This document shows, in pieces, positions 39,818 through 48,593 of a stretch of DNA of 64,000 bases (its first letter is position 1; every line of letters starts with the position of its first letter). The notes beneath the pieces were generated by a model, which was given only the letters and a program-made list of their open reading frames with translations, did not search any database and was not told the origin of the DNA. Source of the stretch: Escherichia virus TH54. A program made the position numbers and the translations under genes. Location: sequence record MT446420.1; one strand, given 5' to 3'.

Positions 39818-39875
39818 AGTGTTCTCCTCATAAAGTAGGAATTCATTATACTCCCTCCATCCTTGGAAGTAAACA

Positions 39876-40817
39876 TTATTTTAATGCTTTGATTGCCGCT
39901 TGCAATTTATCGCGTTGCGTTTCCATATTCTTGATGCGATTCAGAACATCCTGAATACCCTTTTTCTCATCTTCAATCAGACCGTTTAAGCGGTTGACTG
40001 ATTCCTGGATAGCATCAGCATGATAGCTCTCAATAGGCTTCATGGTTGGGTTAAAGATTTCAAGAGAGCTGGATGGCTGGATTTTCCATTTGTACATATT
40101 TTTAACGTCCGGTGGTGAAATTTTGGCCTGGTCGTAAGATTTAAACTGGCCTGCAAATGCTGGGCCATATGAGACAGATGATGCGGTAGGGATACGTTCC
40201 ATTTCTGGTTCCTTTTTTTCTTCTGGTTCATTTTTCTCCTGATAAGGAGCATAAGATAAAAGATATTCTTTAGTTAATTTAATATCAATGGCTATAGTTT
40301 TGAGGAATTTTTCAGTCTGATGAATATAATTGGTATCTTCATCAAATGTATATCCTTCAACGGCATGCCGCATATAAAACAGTGCAATACCCATAACCTC
40401 TTTAAAGGTATCACAAAGAGCAACATCACCCTTGGTGGTTGGCTTGAACTTAATCTGCACACCATCGTTCTTGATATTAATAATCAAGTTACTGGAGTTA
40501 AAATTATAGTTCTTGATGTTAACAGGAGCCTTGCGAATACGAAGCCCGGCAGCCAGGATTTCCTTAATGCTCTTACGAACTGTGGCACCAAACAAAAACG
40601 CAGGGCGGCGGCAGTAATCATTCAGAGAGTTAATTCTTACAATACGTTGCCCATACCCCTGGGTGGCAGAACCAGATTTGATTTTGCCAAAGTTAACCAG
40701 AGAATTCATCGCAATAAGACGGGTTGCACGTCCTTCACGCTGTTCAAATCGAGAATATTCTTTACGTGTTTTAATTTTCATATCATAACCCAAATAATTT
40801 TTCATAGAGTTTAGCAA
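39876..40817 (-). CDS. hypothetical protein with C-terminal coiled coil
   Basis: 313 aa. Confidence 0.55.
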   Translation of the reverse strand: MLNSMKNYLGYDMKIKTRKEYSRFEQREGRATRLIAMNSLVNFGKIKSGSATQGYGQRIVRINSLNDYCRRPAFLFGATVRKSIKEILAAGLRIRKAPVNIKNYNFNSSNLIINIKNDGVQIKFKPTTKGDVALCDTFKEVMGIALFYMRHAVEGYTFDEDTNYIHQTEKFLKTIAIDIKLTKEYLLSYAPYQEKNEPEEKKEPEMERIPTASSVSYGPAFAGQFKSYDQAKISPPDVKNMYKWKIQPSSSLEIFNPTMKPIESYHADAIQESVNRLNGLIEDEKKGIQDVLNRIKNMETQRDKLQAAIKALK

Positions 40818-40998
40818 AAGGCCAGGTCACACACATTATAACAGCGACTACCCAGAATATAGGCCAGCAAAATGTTGTAAACACCGCATCATACTCGTCC
40901 CCACTTTCGTAGGGACTATCAAACTTGTGAAGCAACAGGGTAGTAACAAATCCCGTTGCAAGATAACCAAAAATAATACTGATAATCAAAATGGTCAT
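40783..40998 (-). CDS. small membrane protein
   Basis: 71 aa, two TM helices. Confidence 0.4.
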   Translation of the reverse strand: MTILIISIIFGYLATGFVTTLLLHKFDSPYESGDEYDAVFTTFCWPIFWVVAVIMCVTWPFAKLYEKLFGL

Positions 40999-40999
40999 A

Positions 41000-41845
41000 T
41001 TAAGCCTTAAGCAATTTAATAACGTCCATCAGTTTCTGACGTTCAGCTTTCGCTGCACTGTTCAAGCCTGTCAGGCGGAAAATTTCATCATCTTGCTGCT
41101 GGATGGTGATGTTAAGCTCTTCAATCTGTTTAGTGAAAAGCTCAATTTGCTCTGAATATTTTTCATTGCTTCGCACTGGAACAGGTTCCATTTTAGGAGC
41201 TTGTTCTGAAGAGTCTTCAGTCAAGTCTTTAATTTTATAAAGTTTAATACGCTGACCTGCTCCAGTTTCAGCATCACCAAAACTAAGAACGCCGTGTTGT
41301 TCTAATTCAGACAGGGCCAAGCGCAAATGGAACTTCCAGTTGTCATATTGACAACCACTAAAAGTTGAAATGGTATACTCATTTTCATTTCCGGGGTGGT
41401 TAACAATATTAAAGATAATCCAATCACCTGAACCGTTAGTCTTAAATGTCATTTGTTTATCAAGACCTTTTGCAAGACGAGCACCAAGGGCCAGTAGACG
41501 ACGTTGATTAGTATTAAGGTCTTTAACAACTTCGCCAAATGACATCGCCGGGATTAAACGACCATAAAGGTCGTAGCCTTTGTTATAATTTTTAAGAATA
41601 ATTTTGGCATTAGCACGAGACAACATACCTGTTTTACGAAGAGTTTTCATGACTCGGTCTTCTAAGGTAAACGAACCTTTAGTCTTGTCAAAGATTTTAG
41701 TGAAGTCATCTTTAACAGTACAAACATTGAACTTGTCCCACATCATATATAGGACCTTTTCAACCACTTCTTTAGTGCTCGGAATACGCCCGAATTTAAC
41801 AACTTTTTTAACTTCAGAACGAATTTCATTAATTGCTTGCGACAT
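41000..41845 (-). CDS. hypothetical protein with C-terminal coiled coil
   Basis: 281 aa. Confidence 0.55.
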   Translation of the reverse strand: MSQAINEIRSEVKKVVKFGRIPSTKEVVEKVLYMMWDKFNVCTVKDDFTKIFDKTKGSFTLEDRVMKTLRKTGMLSRANAKIILKNYNKGYDLYGRLIPAMSFGEVVKDLNTNQRRLLALGARLAKGLDKQMTFKTNGSGDWIIFNIVNHPGNENEYTISTFSGCQYDNWKFHLRLALSELEQHGVLSFGDAETGAGQRIKLYKIKDLTEDSSEQAPKMEPVPVRSNEKYSEQIELFTKQIEELNITIQQQDDEIFRLTGLNSAAKAERQKLMDVIKLLKA

Positions 41846-41908
41846 AATAATTTCCTCAATAGATTAATCAAAGGTCAGAACCATTATACCATCCTTGGTA
41901 TAAAGCGT

Positions 41909-42433
41909 TTATGCGAGAACCGTCTTTAAACGCTCTTCAAACTTCTGAAGGAGTGCCTGGCGCTCTGCTCTTTGTTTGGTATAGGTTTCAATACGCTCTG
42001 AAGTGAGATTGTATTGTTCATTAACTGATTCCCGCATGAATTCAGGAATCTCTTTACATGCTTTGATTTCATTGAACTTATCAAGCACCGCTTGTTGTTC
42101 AGCAATCAGACCATCATAATATTGGATATCTGATTTGATGTTTTGTACATCAGATTCAGTAGGCATATTTTTCTTTGCTCTTGATGCCTGATACTCAGCA
42201 TTAGTCTCTCTTGACCAGAACAAAGAGCGGTTTTTATTGGTGTTTTTATACACATCAACAATACCAACTGAATCAACAGTCACAATCCAGTTCCAGGCGT
42301 TTTTATAAGTTTGACCACCTGATACTGTAATCTCACCAGCACAAGCAACATCATTAAAGAACTTGCTTTGTGCTTCTGATTTAAAATTACCATTATTGTA
42401 ATTAATCAGATTAAAGATTGATTTGGCTTCCAT
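41909..42433 (-). CDS. hypothetical protein
   Basis: 174 aa; own promoter upstream. Confidence 0.5.
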   Translation of the reverse strand: MEAKSIFNLINYNNGNFKSEAQSKFFNDVACAGEITVSGGQTYKNAWNWIVTVDSVGIVDVYKNTNKNRSLFWSRETNAEYQASRAKKNMPTESDVQNIKSDIQYYDGLIAEQQAVLDKFNEIKACKEIPEFMRESVNEQYNLTSERIETYTKQRAERQALLQKFEERLKTVLA

Positions 42434-42468
42434 TTTATTCTCCAGTATTTGGTAACTCAGTATGGGAA

Positions 42469-42499
42469 CATTATACGTCTATCCCCATACTATGTACAC
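42469..42499 (-). promoter_or_regulatory. early-type sigma70 promoter with CCATACTGAGTTACC leader
   Basis: Reverse complement GTGTACA-N17-CGTATAATG. Confidence 0.5.
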
Positions 42500-42501
42500 A
42501 T

Positions 42502-42804
42502 TTAATTAAAAGTTCTTTCAGTATTTTCACCGCTGAACCAGACGCTCTTAACGGCTTGCTGGGCGCGATGGAGCTGCTCTGCCATATAAACACCAAGGGC
42601 CTCAGCTTTACGTGTCCTGTGAGCTTCTGCGGCGACCATTTGCAGCTTATCCATCATGATAAGAGCTTTGCATTTCTCCTTCAGAGCATATCGCTTCTTC
42701 TCTTCTGGAGTTTTGACCATTCCTCTTAACTTGTGCATTTTCAACTTAAAATGGTCAGCAGATTTCAGACATGCATCAATCATGTCAATTTCATACTTTT
42801 TCAT
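42502..42804 (-). CDS. hypothetical protein
   Basis: 100 aa basic helical. Confidence 0.45.
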   Translation of the reverse strand: MKKYEIDMIDACLKSADHFKLKMHKLRGMVKTPEEKKRYALKEKCKALIMMDKLQMVAAEAHRTRKAEALGVYMAEQLHRAQQAVKSVWFSGENTERTFN

Positions 42805-42810
42805 AATTCC

Positions 42811-43017
42811 TCACTTGCGACGACGTTTTGGTAATGGTTTAGGGAAGAACATTGCTTTACCTGCAGGGGTCAAAGTCACACGTAAAGCATTACCAATACC
42901 AAGGGATGCTTTAACCAGACCTTTGGCTTTTAACTCACCAAATGCTTGACGTTGTTCAGGGTCACGAGTGTTAACCATCAGACCTTTTTCACCAGCAGCT
43001 TTGATTAATTCTAACAT
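42811..43017 (-). CDS. small basic protein
   Basis: 68 aa with C-terminal KRRRK. Confidence 0.45.
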   Translation of the reverse strand: MLELIKAAGEKGLMVNTRDPEQRQAFGELKAKGLVKASLGIGNALRVTLTPAGKAMFFPKPLPKRRRK

Positions 43018-43055
43018 TTTATTCTCCGTTTGTTTATTTGGTAACTCAGTATGGA

Positions 43056-43088
43056 ATCATTATGCATCATGACCATCTGGTTGTACAC
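43056..43088 (-). promoter_or_regulatory. early-type sigma70 promoter with CCATACTGAGTTACC leader
   Basis: Reverse complement GTGTACA-N17-GCATAATGAT. Confidence 0.5.
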
Positions 43089-43134
43089 ATATACTAAATA
43101 AAAATACTTAATAAAACCATAAAGGAGAAAGTTT

Positions 43135-43881
43135 ATGATTTTATCCGGAAGAACTGTTGATGAACTCAATGAAAAAGTCCAGGCTGCCTTGGCTAATAAT
43201 TGGTATTTGTTTGGTTCGACTATGGTGTTGCCGAATACCCCTACGGATAGCAAAGAGCGTTTTTTCCAAACTATGTCCAGCTCGGAAACTCAGATACCGG
43301 GTCCACCTGGTCCCAAAGGAGAACCGGGTGTACCAGGACCAAAAGGAGACCCAGGTGGGGATGGAAAATCTTCTTATCAGATATGGCTTGACTTGGGAAA
43401 TACAGGAACTGTTGATGATTTTTTAACTGATACAGCAGGAAAGAGGGAAAAATCCGAGGTGTTTTGGAGTGGTATAAACGTTCTATTAACCAATGGTGTG
43501 ACTTCAAACATAATTAGTGTTTTAAAGGGGATTCCACCGACTGCAGGGACTCTATCTCCGTTTTTTAGAACCACTGATGATAAGTTGTGGCCATATAACC
43601 AAGACAGAAGCCTAATGTTTAAACTCAACCTTATTGGTAATTTTGCAGGAGCCTCGCAAGCTCGAAGTATAACATTAAATTTCGTTGGAACCAACGGAAA
43701 CACTTATATACAGAATCGTCCGGAAAATGCTACAGATATTTTGTCTTTTACAACGTTCTTTAGCATTGATAAAGATGGGGCAATGGCAACCAATGGTACA
43801 GCTATAACTGTTATGCCAAATGGCGGCAACTTTACAATAACCTCTGCATTGTTAGTAGCCGAACAAACAGTGACTTCATAA
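43135..43881 (+). CDS. collagen-repeat, tail-fibre-like protein
   Basis: Plus strand; AAAGGAGAAAG Shine-Dalgarno; eight G-X-Y triplets (GPPGPKGEPGVPGPKGDPGGDG) followed by SSYQIWLDLGNTGT. Confidence 0.6.
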   Translation: MILSGRTVDELNEKVQAALANNWYLFGSTMVLPNTPTDSKERFFQTMSSSETQIPGPPGPKGEPGVPGPKGDPGGDGKSSYQIWLDLGNTGTVDDFLTDTAGKREKSEVFWSGINVLLTNGVTSNIISVLKGIPPTAGTLSPFFRTTDDKLWPYNQDRSLMFKLNLIGNFAGASQARSITLNFVGTNGNTYIQNRPENATDILSFTTFFSIDKDGAMATNGTAITVMPNGGNFTITSALLVAEQTVTS

Positions 43882-43882
43882 A

Positions 43883-43903
43883 CAAAAAAGGGCCGTATGG
43901 CCC
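43883..43903 (-). terminator. rho-independent terminator ending the nucleotidyltransferase operon
   Basis: GGGCCAUACGGCCC followed by UUUUUUGU on the minus-strand RNA, directly after the stop of 43904..44128. Confidence 0.6.
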
Positions 43904-44128
43904 TTAGATTGCACTCCAAAAATTATGGAATCTTATAGTATTGATAGCCCAGTTAACAAACCTGCGAGTTTGCTTGGGAGTTGGTTTGCATATGTACTTG
44001 ATATTGACCCGACGACCAGTTTCACGACAGACTGCTTCGAGATACCAGCGGCGACCTTTATGAGGTCTTCCATACGATAAGAAGACCTTGATTTCCTGGT
44101 TATCGATAATAGGAATTGTGGTTGTCAA
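43904..44128 (-). CDS. small basic protein (probable TTG start)
   Basis: GAGGAGG, 6 nt, then TTG; Arg/Lys-rich; track ORF extends to 44146. Confidence 0.4.
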   Translation of the reverse strand: MTTTIPIIDNQEIKVFLSYGRPHKGRRWYLEAVCRETGRRVNIKYICKPTPKQTRRFVNWAINTIRFHNFWSAI

Positions 44129-45110
44129 GATATACCTCCTCAACAAACTTGTCCCAGAACTTCATGTCCACCTTCGCAGGCATACCATTCTTAGCAGCCC
44201 AGATGGCATTAGTTTCGACTTCATCAACGATAGCTTCAAGTTCAGCCTGTACATCTTTAAAAGCATGTAACCCTTGTTTGATTTCAAGGATAAACGGTGC
44301 TGTTCGTAAAGGATATTGAAGGTCACCGGTCATATAAATTTCCTTCAGCTGATATCCAGCTCGATAAGCATGACTCAATGCTTTCCAGTCAATACCTTCA
44401 TTCGCTTCGGCCTTACGAGCACGTTCACCATATTCGGCATCAAGTTTATTCAGAGATTGCTTGAGCTCGATTAAAGACAGAGTAGTTTGGTATTTACGAC
44501 CGAGGACAGTATAGAACGTTTGAGGACCTGTTTTCTCATGGTTATGAAATACCCATTCACAGAACTCGTTTTCAGGGAGCCGGTGCTTAATATCTTCTAC
44601 CTTAGTACGTCGTTGCTTAGTAGAACCATCTTCTTGATAATCGACCCATTGTTCAGGAATCTGGTTAACGATTTCCAATACACCACGCAGTGCAGCCAAT
44701 CGAGAACCTTTAACACCATATTTGGAAGCTTGCTTGCGGACATACCCCAAATAGGCTTTCATGTTGGTTGTATAGAACCGCGAACGGTTATCCTGAATAA
44801 ACTTCCATACATCTGGTAAATCGGATTTGACAACCAGGTCAGCCGGCGTGTGAATCATGTCCAGAGCAACGGTTTCGCCTTCGGCCGCCAGTTTAAAGAA
44901 ATATTTCAGACTATAAAGTTCATGGTCAACATCATCTTTTGTATTTTTGGTAGCCGTGTTATTCGTGTTCAGGTTGGTATGGTTCATCGCCGTCCCAAGT
45001 AGAATATCACGAGGATGTGGAACAAAGATTTCTTTAAAATCGACATCAGATTCTGGGGTACTTGTTCCATAAAGGTGGCTACCGAAGTAGCCTTTCATAA
45101 TAGTTTTCAT
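44100..45110 (-). CDS. Pol-beta-superfamily nucleotidyltransferase-domain protein
   Basis: Start trimmed to ATG after GAGGACAAAGA; N-terminal GSHLYGTSTPESDVDF fits the GS...DxD nucleotidyltransferase signature; ATGA overlap with the upstream gene. Confidence 0.55.
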   Translation of the reverse strand: MKTIMKGYFGSHLYGTSTPESDVDFKEIFVPHPRDILLGTAMNHTNLNTNNTATKNTKDDVDHELYSLKYFFKLAAEGETVALDMIHTPADLVVKSDLPDVWKFIQDNRSRFYTTNMKAYLGYVRKQASKYGVKGSRLAALRGVLEIVNQIPEQWVDYQEDGSTKQRRTKVEDIKHRLPENEFCEWVFHNHEKTGPQTFYTVLGRKYQTTLSLIELKQSLNKLDAEYGERARKAEANEGIDWKALSHAYRAGYQLKEIYMTGDLQYPLRTAPFILEIKQGLHAFKDVQAELEAIVDEVETNAIWAAKNGMPAKVDMKFWDKFVEEVYLDNHNSYYR

Positions 45111-45559
45111 TCTTTGTCCTCGAAGTGGATTACTGGGCACATCTTAAATTTACGAGCTTTAATATATTGAATGAAAACATTTTCTTTAATTTCCTTTCCT
45201 TCACGTTTAGCTTTAATGCGTTCCCATTCTTTTTCTTCTTTACGTAAATCGTACCAGGCCCATAAATTCATTATACAATATACAATACCGACGGCTACCG
45301 CTAGAATAAGAGCCAGTGTAACCAGTCCTAAAATAAAACCTAAACTTAAGCCAACAGGAGTACTCAATACAAAGAACTGCTCCAATATACCAGCACCTGC
45401 AACAGTTAAGCCGAAAATAGTACTACCTGCAAGCACAGAACACATAAAGCACACCCAAACCATTTTCCAGAAGTATGCGCATAATGAGCGTGGACGTGAA
45501 TAACTGGCATAAAAACGGTCGTGTAATTTAACGTGCCAAGAGTTTGAATTGATAATCAT
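45107..45559 (-). CDS. integral membrane protein (about 3 TM) with charged C-terminal tail
   Basis: 150 aa; hydrophobic segments. Confidence 0.5.
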   Translation of the reverse strand: MIINSNSWHVKLHDRFYASYSRPRSLCAYFWKMVWVCFMCSVLAGSTIFGLTVAGAGILEQFFVLSTPVGLSLGFILGLVTLALILAVAVGIVYCIMNLWAWYDLRKEEKEWERIKAKREGKEIKENVFIQYIKARKFKMCPVIHFEDKE

Positions 45560-45569
45560 AATATTTTCC

Positions 45570-46130
45570 TTAAGAGTTCATAGTTGGGATAACAGAGTTC
45601 AGATAAGAGACTAAAACTTTTAGCTCGTCTTTAGTAAATACCACTTCACTTTCGCCGTCATGTCTTTGGACAATGGACAACAAGTCACGGCCGTTATGTT
45701 GATGCACAGTCAGTTCAGTATTATAATCTAATTCCTCTTCATCGCCTTCAAACGTTTCGCTAGAGCGAATCAGTGCGTCTTGTCCTGGGACTTTCCATTC
45801 AACTTCTGGTTTACATTCTTCCTGGAACAGTTTGAAAATACAATCAAAGAATTTATCAGAATCGCTGATGCTCAGACATTCAATACCATTTTCTAAATTA
45901 AACCCGTTTTCGTTTTTATAGATATAGGCATACATATCATCATTGATATCAACAGGAGCACTAGCACGACCATTAAGATAATCGTGTCTATCCAAAACCA
46001 TTAAATCATAAAGCGGTTTAATATCAGCGATAGTCAGTACGATTTTATCGTCTTCTTGACAAAGCTCAATTGCGTTATTAACTACTTCAGCGGTCAGTTC
46101 GCCAAACAATTCAGTTGTTTCAATAATCAT
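45570..46130 (-). CDS. hypothetical acidic protein
   Basis: 186 aa. Confidence 0.5.
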   Translation of the reverse strand: MIIETTELFGELTAEVVNNAIELCQEDDKIVLTIADIKPLYDLMVLDRHDYLNGRASAPVDINDDMYAYIYKNENGFNLENGIECLSISDSDKFFDCIFKLFQEECKPEVEWKVPGQDALIRSSETFEGDEEELDYNTELTVHQHNGRDLLSIVQRHDGESEVVFTKDELKVLVSYLNSVIPTMNS

Positions 46131-46140
46131 TTTCTGTTCC

Positions 46141-46431
46141 TCAACGGTTATGTTTTAAAATACTATAAAGTGCTTCTACTTGGCTTGCATCCAGGTAAAT
46201 AACATCATCATCTTGCTCAATGGAAATCCCACCAGTATTACCTTTAACAAAATTACATTCGCACACTTCAACCGGGCGGTATACGTCACCAACTGGATGC
46301 TCAGGCTCCAGAACAATCACACCATTTTCAGAATTACCACTTGGGTCATATAACATTACAGTTTCCTCGCTAACCATGAAAAGAATAAACCAATTAAAAC
46401 AGGCCCTATAGCCATTGTTAACCAAGCCCAA
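46141..46431 (-). CDS. hypothetical protein
   Basis: 96 aa. Confidence 0.4.
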   Translation of the reverse strand: MGLVNNGYRACFNWFILFMVSEETVMLYDPSGNSENGVIVLEPEHPVGDVYRPVEVCECNFVKGNTGGISIEQDDDVIYLDASQVEALYSILKHNR

Positions 46432-46447
46432 GGTTCAAGATAGTAAA

Positions 46448-46705
46448 TCATCTCATGCTCCTGTGCCAACAATTTCTTGGTTCACGTTTAAAAATTTCAT
46501 CATGCATTGATTGACAACCAACACAATATATCACACCCCTAATCGCTTGTCTCCGCGCTTCAGGAATTTTTTCATCGCAGTCAAAACAGAATTCAGCAGA
46601 CTCCCTTTCAACTGCAACCTGTGCTCTCGCATGGGTGATAGCGGCTTGTACAACCGCTTCCATCTCTAACTGTTCAGCACCATCTTTTGCAAATCCAACA
46701 GCCAT
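46448..46705 (-). CDS. TraR/DksA-like C4 zinc-finger protein
   Basis: CFDCDEKIPEARRQAIRGVIYCVGCQ. Confidence 0.5.
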   Translation of the reverse strand: MAVGFAKDGAEQLEMEAVVQAAITHARAQVAVERESAEFCFDCDEKIPEARRQAIRGVIYCVGCQSMHDEIFKREPRNCWHRSMR

Positions 46706-46887
46706 TATTCTTTCAACCCATTCAGATAAGCAATTAATTCTTCTTTAGAACTATTCAAATCACGCTTGCACTGTTCTATTCCAGAATATGAATAACCTTC
46801 ACATAATTCAACAGCCAGGTCATTGGATGCGTTTTCAATGTGCCAAGCAAGTTTGATAATTTTTTCAATCTGTTCAGTAGTTAACAT
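46705..46887 (-). CDS. small paralog (MITLEQA family)
   Basis: 60 aa, MLTTEQIEKI.. Confidence 0.45.
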   Translation of the reverse strand: MLTTEQIEKIIKLAWHIENASNDLAVELCEGYSYSGIEQCKRDLNSSKEELIAYLNGLKE

Positions 46888-47081
46888 TATGCAGTCCTGT
46901 AATCAATAATTTCGTCAAGGAACATATCCAATGCTTCCAGAGCATTGTCAACCTTTGCTTCTAATTCTTCACCACCACCAAGCGATGGGGACCAATACGC
47001 AAAGTCATTTAGTGTTTCATCTGCTTCGCGAATCGCTTTTACCAATGCTTTAATTCTATCAGCTTGTTCTAAAGTAATCAT
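46887..47081 (-). CDS. small paralog (MITLEQA family)
   Basis: 64 aa, MITLEQADRIKAL.. Confidence 0.45.
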   Translation of the reverse strand: MITLEQADRIKALVKAIREADETLNDFAYWSPSLGGGEELEAKVDNALEALDMFLDEIIDYRTA

Positions 47082-47266
47082 TATTCCACCAATGATTCAA
47101 TGAAGGTATCAAGAGCTGCTTTAGCTTCATCCATTTGTTCTTCACACCGATTTCTGGTGTAATAATCAGATAAATCAGATTCAGATACTACAGTAAAGAA
47201 TCGGACTTCTTTCTTGTAGTTGGCGATAAGTTCTTTAAGTTTTTGAGCTTGTTCTAAAGTAATCAT
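47081..47266 (-). CDS. small paralog (MITLEQA family)
   Basis: Track ORF trimmed to MITLEQAQKLKEL; a 28-nt DNA block is repeated at the starts of this and the previous gene. Confidence 0.45.
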   Translation of the reverse strand: MITLEQAQKLKELIANYKKEVRFFTVVSESDLSDYYTRNRCEEQMDEAKAALDTFIESLVE

Positions 47267-47469
47267 TATTCCACCACATATGATAATGAGAAAATTGCTG
47301 ATGAAAGATGAGTAGCATCTTCTTCGCACAGTTCAAATGGAGCTTTCTGTAAGAGTTCAACAACTTCTTCATCAGTGGCACTGTCCATAAAGATTGCATA
47401 ATCATTAAGATAGATAACAACCTCATCACCAGTATTAACTGCATCAATCTTGATATTTTTAATTCTCAT
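47266..47469 (-). CDS. hypothetical protein
   Basis: 67 aa; own promoter. Confidence 0.45.
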   Translation of the reverse strand: MRIKNIKIDAVNTGDEVVIYLNDYAIFMDSATDEEVVELLQKAPFELCEEDATHLSSAIFSLSYVVE

Positions 47470-47495
47470 TGTATTCTCCTCAGTAGTTGATGGGA

Positions 47496-47527
47496 TAATA
47501 GTACACCCTTTTTATGAGGATGTAAAC
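47496..47527 (-). promoter_or_regulatory. early-type sigma70 promoter
   Basis: Reverse complement GTTTACA-N17-TACTATTAT. Confidence 0.45.
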
Positions 47528-47536
47528 CCCTAAATG

Positions 47537-47562
47537 AAAAAAGGTCCACCCGAAGGCAGACC
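47537..47562 (-). terminator. rho-independent terminator
   Basis: GGUCUGCCUUCGGGUGGACC followed by UUUUUUCAUUU. Confidence 0.55.
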
Positions 47563-47569
47563 TTTTGAA

Positions 47570-47953
47570 TTACTCTAGTGTTAACAGATACTTAGTCTGA
47601 AAGAAAACTCCAACGATATCGTCCAGAGTCGATTGAATAGCCTTAGGTACAACTTTATAGACTCTTTCCGAGCTTTTAATCATTTCATCTAAAAACAAAA
47701 TTGTATCTTTCGGCAAGTCCGAGGCGGACGGTAATGCAGCTTTGTATTGTTTCCCGCTGTAACCTAACCATTGCTCACTGAACTGGTCGAGTGGACCTTG
47801 GATTTCTGTGAAGTAGAAATCATAAGCTTTATGGCGGGCGTAACTTTTGGTTTCAAGATGGGCGGACTTAAAATAAGCCAAAGAGACTAACAACCACCCA
47901 ATATATGAATCCACCTCAGACCCACGACCCGTTACGAAATCATCAAATTTCAT
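47570..47953 (-). CDS. hypothetical protein
   Basis: 127 aa. Confidence 0.5.
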   Translation of the reverse strand: MKFDDFVTGRGSEVDSYIGWLLVSLAYFKSAHLETKSYARHKAYDFYFTEIQGPLDQFSEQWLGYSGKQYKAALPSASDLPKDTILFLDEMIKSSERVYKVVPKAIQSTLDDIVGVFFQTKYLLTLE

Positions 47954-48236
47954 CTTCCAATTTTACCTTCATTAATTTAGCGTATTCGACTGCAGCAGCA
48001 CGGCCATCAATTTGACATGTGATTTCATTTACACATTGGCTCTTATTGTTCCATTCAGTTTTAATAAAAGCCCAAAATTGTTCGGACTGCTCGACGCTGG
48101 GTTCTTTGAATTGCGAATAGATTTGCATCGCACTATCTGCATACTGGGTAAATTTACCATCTGTAGCAGAGGACATATTTGGGCCTAAACAGCCCATTAG
48201 TAATAGACTTAGAGAAAGTCCTCGAATAAGGTCCAT
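47943..48236 (-). CDS. rI: lysis-inhibition regulator RI-like periplasmic protein
   Basis: Start trimmed to ATG after AAGGAG; N-terminal signal-anchor; SVEQSEQFWAF...C..EC resembles T4 RI. Confidence 0.65.
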   Translation of the reverse strand: MDLIRGLSLSLLLMGCLGPNMSSATDGKFTQYADSAMQIYSQFKEPSVEQSEQFWAFIKTEWNNKSQCVNEITCQIDGRAAAVEYAKLMKVKLEDEI

Positions 48237-48310
48237 AAAGGACTCCTTATTGTTGGTCATGATTACGCTTTGCAGCCTTAACATAGCGGAATACTAGTTA
48301 GTAACTGTAT

Positions 48311-48586
48311 TTATAATCTTTTAAACTTGAAACAATATATTGCAAATAAATCAGAAAAATGGCTATCAACCCATATTCTTTGCACTGGACTAGTAACAGT
48401 CAGCATATAATGTGCTTTTTGTAAATTTATTCCATTTTTATTCGGACATTCTTTATTAACAGAATGGTACGTGCTTGCTACTATTTCAATTTCCCTTTCA
48501 TATCTCTCGCTATCTGTTTGTGTGGGGATAAATGCAATTCCAGCAATAACAAAAATAGAGATATACGTCCAAATCTTATATATCAT
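48311..48586 (-). CDS. small membrane protein
   Basis: 91 aa with an N-terminal TM helix. Confidence 0.4.
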   Translation of the reverse strand: MIYKIWTYISIFVIAGIAFIPTQTDSERYEREIEIVASTYHSVNKECPNKNGINLQKAHYMLTVTSPVQRIWVDSHFSDLFAIYCFKFKRL

Positions 48587-48593
48587 AAGGACC

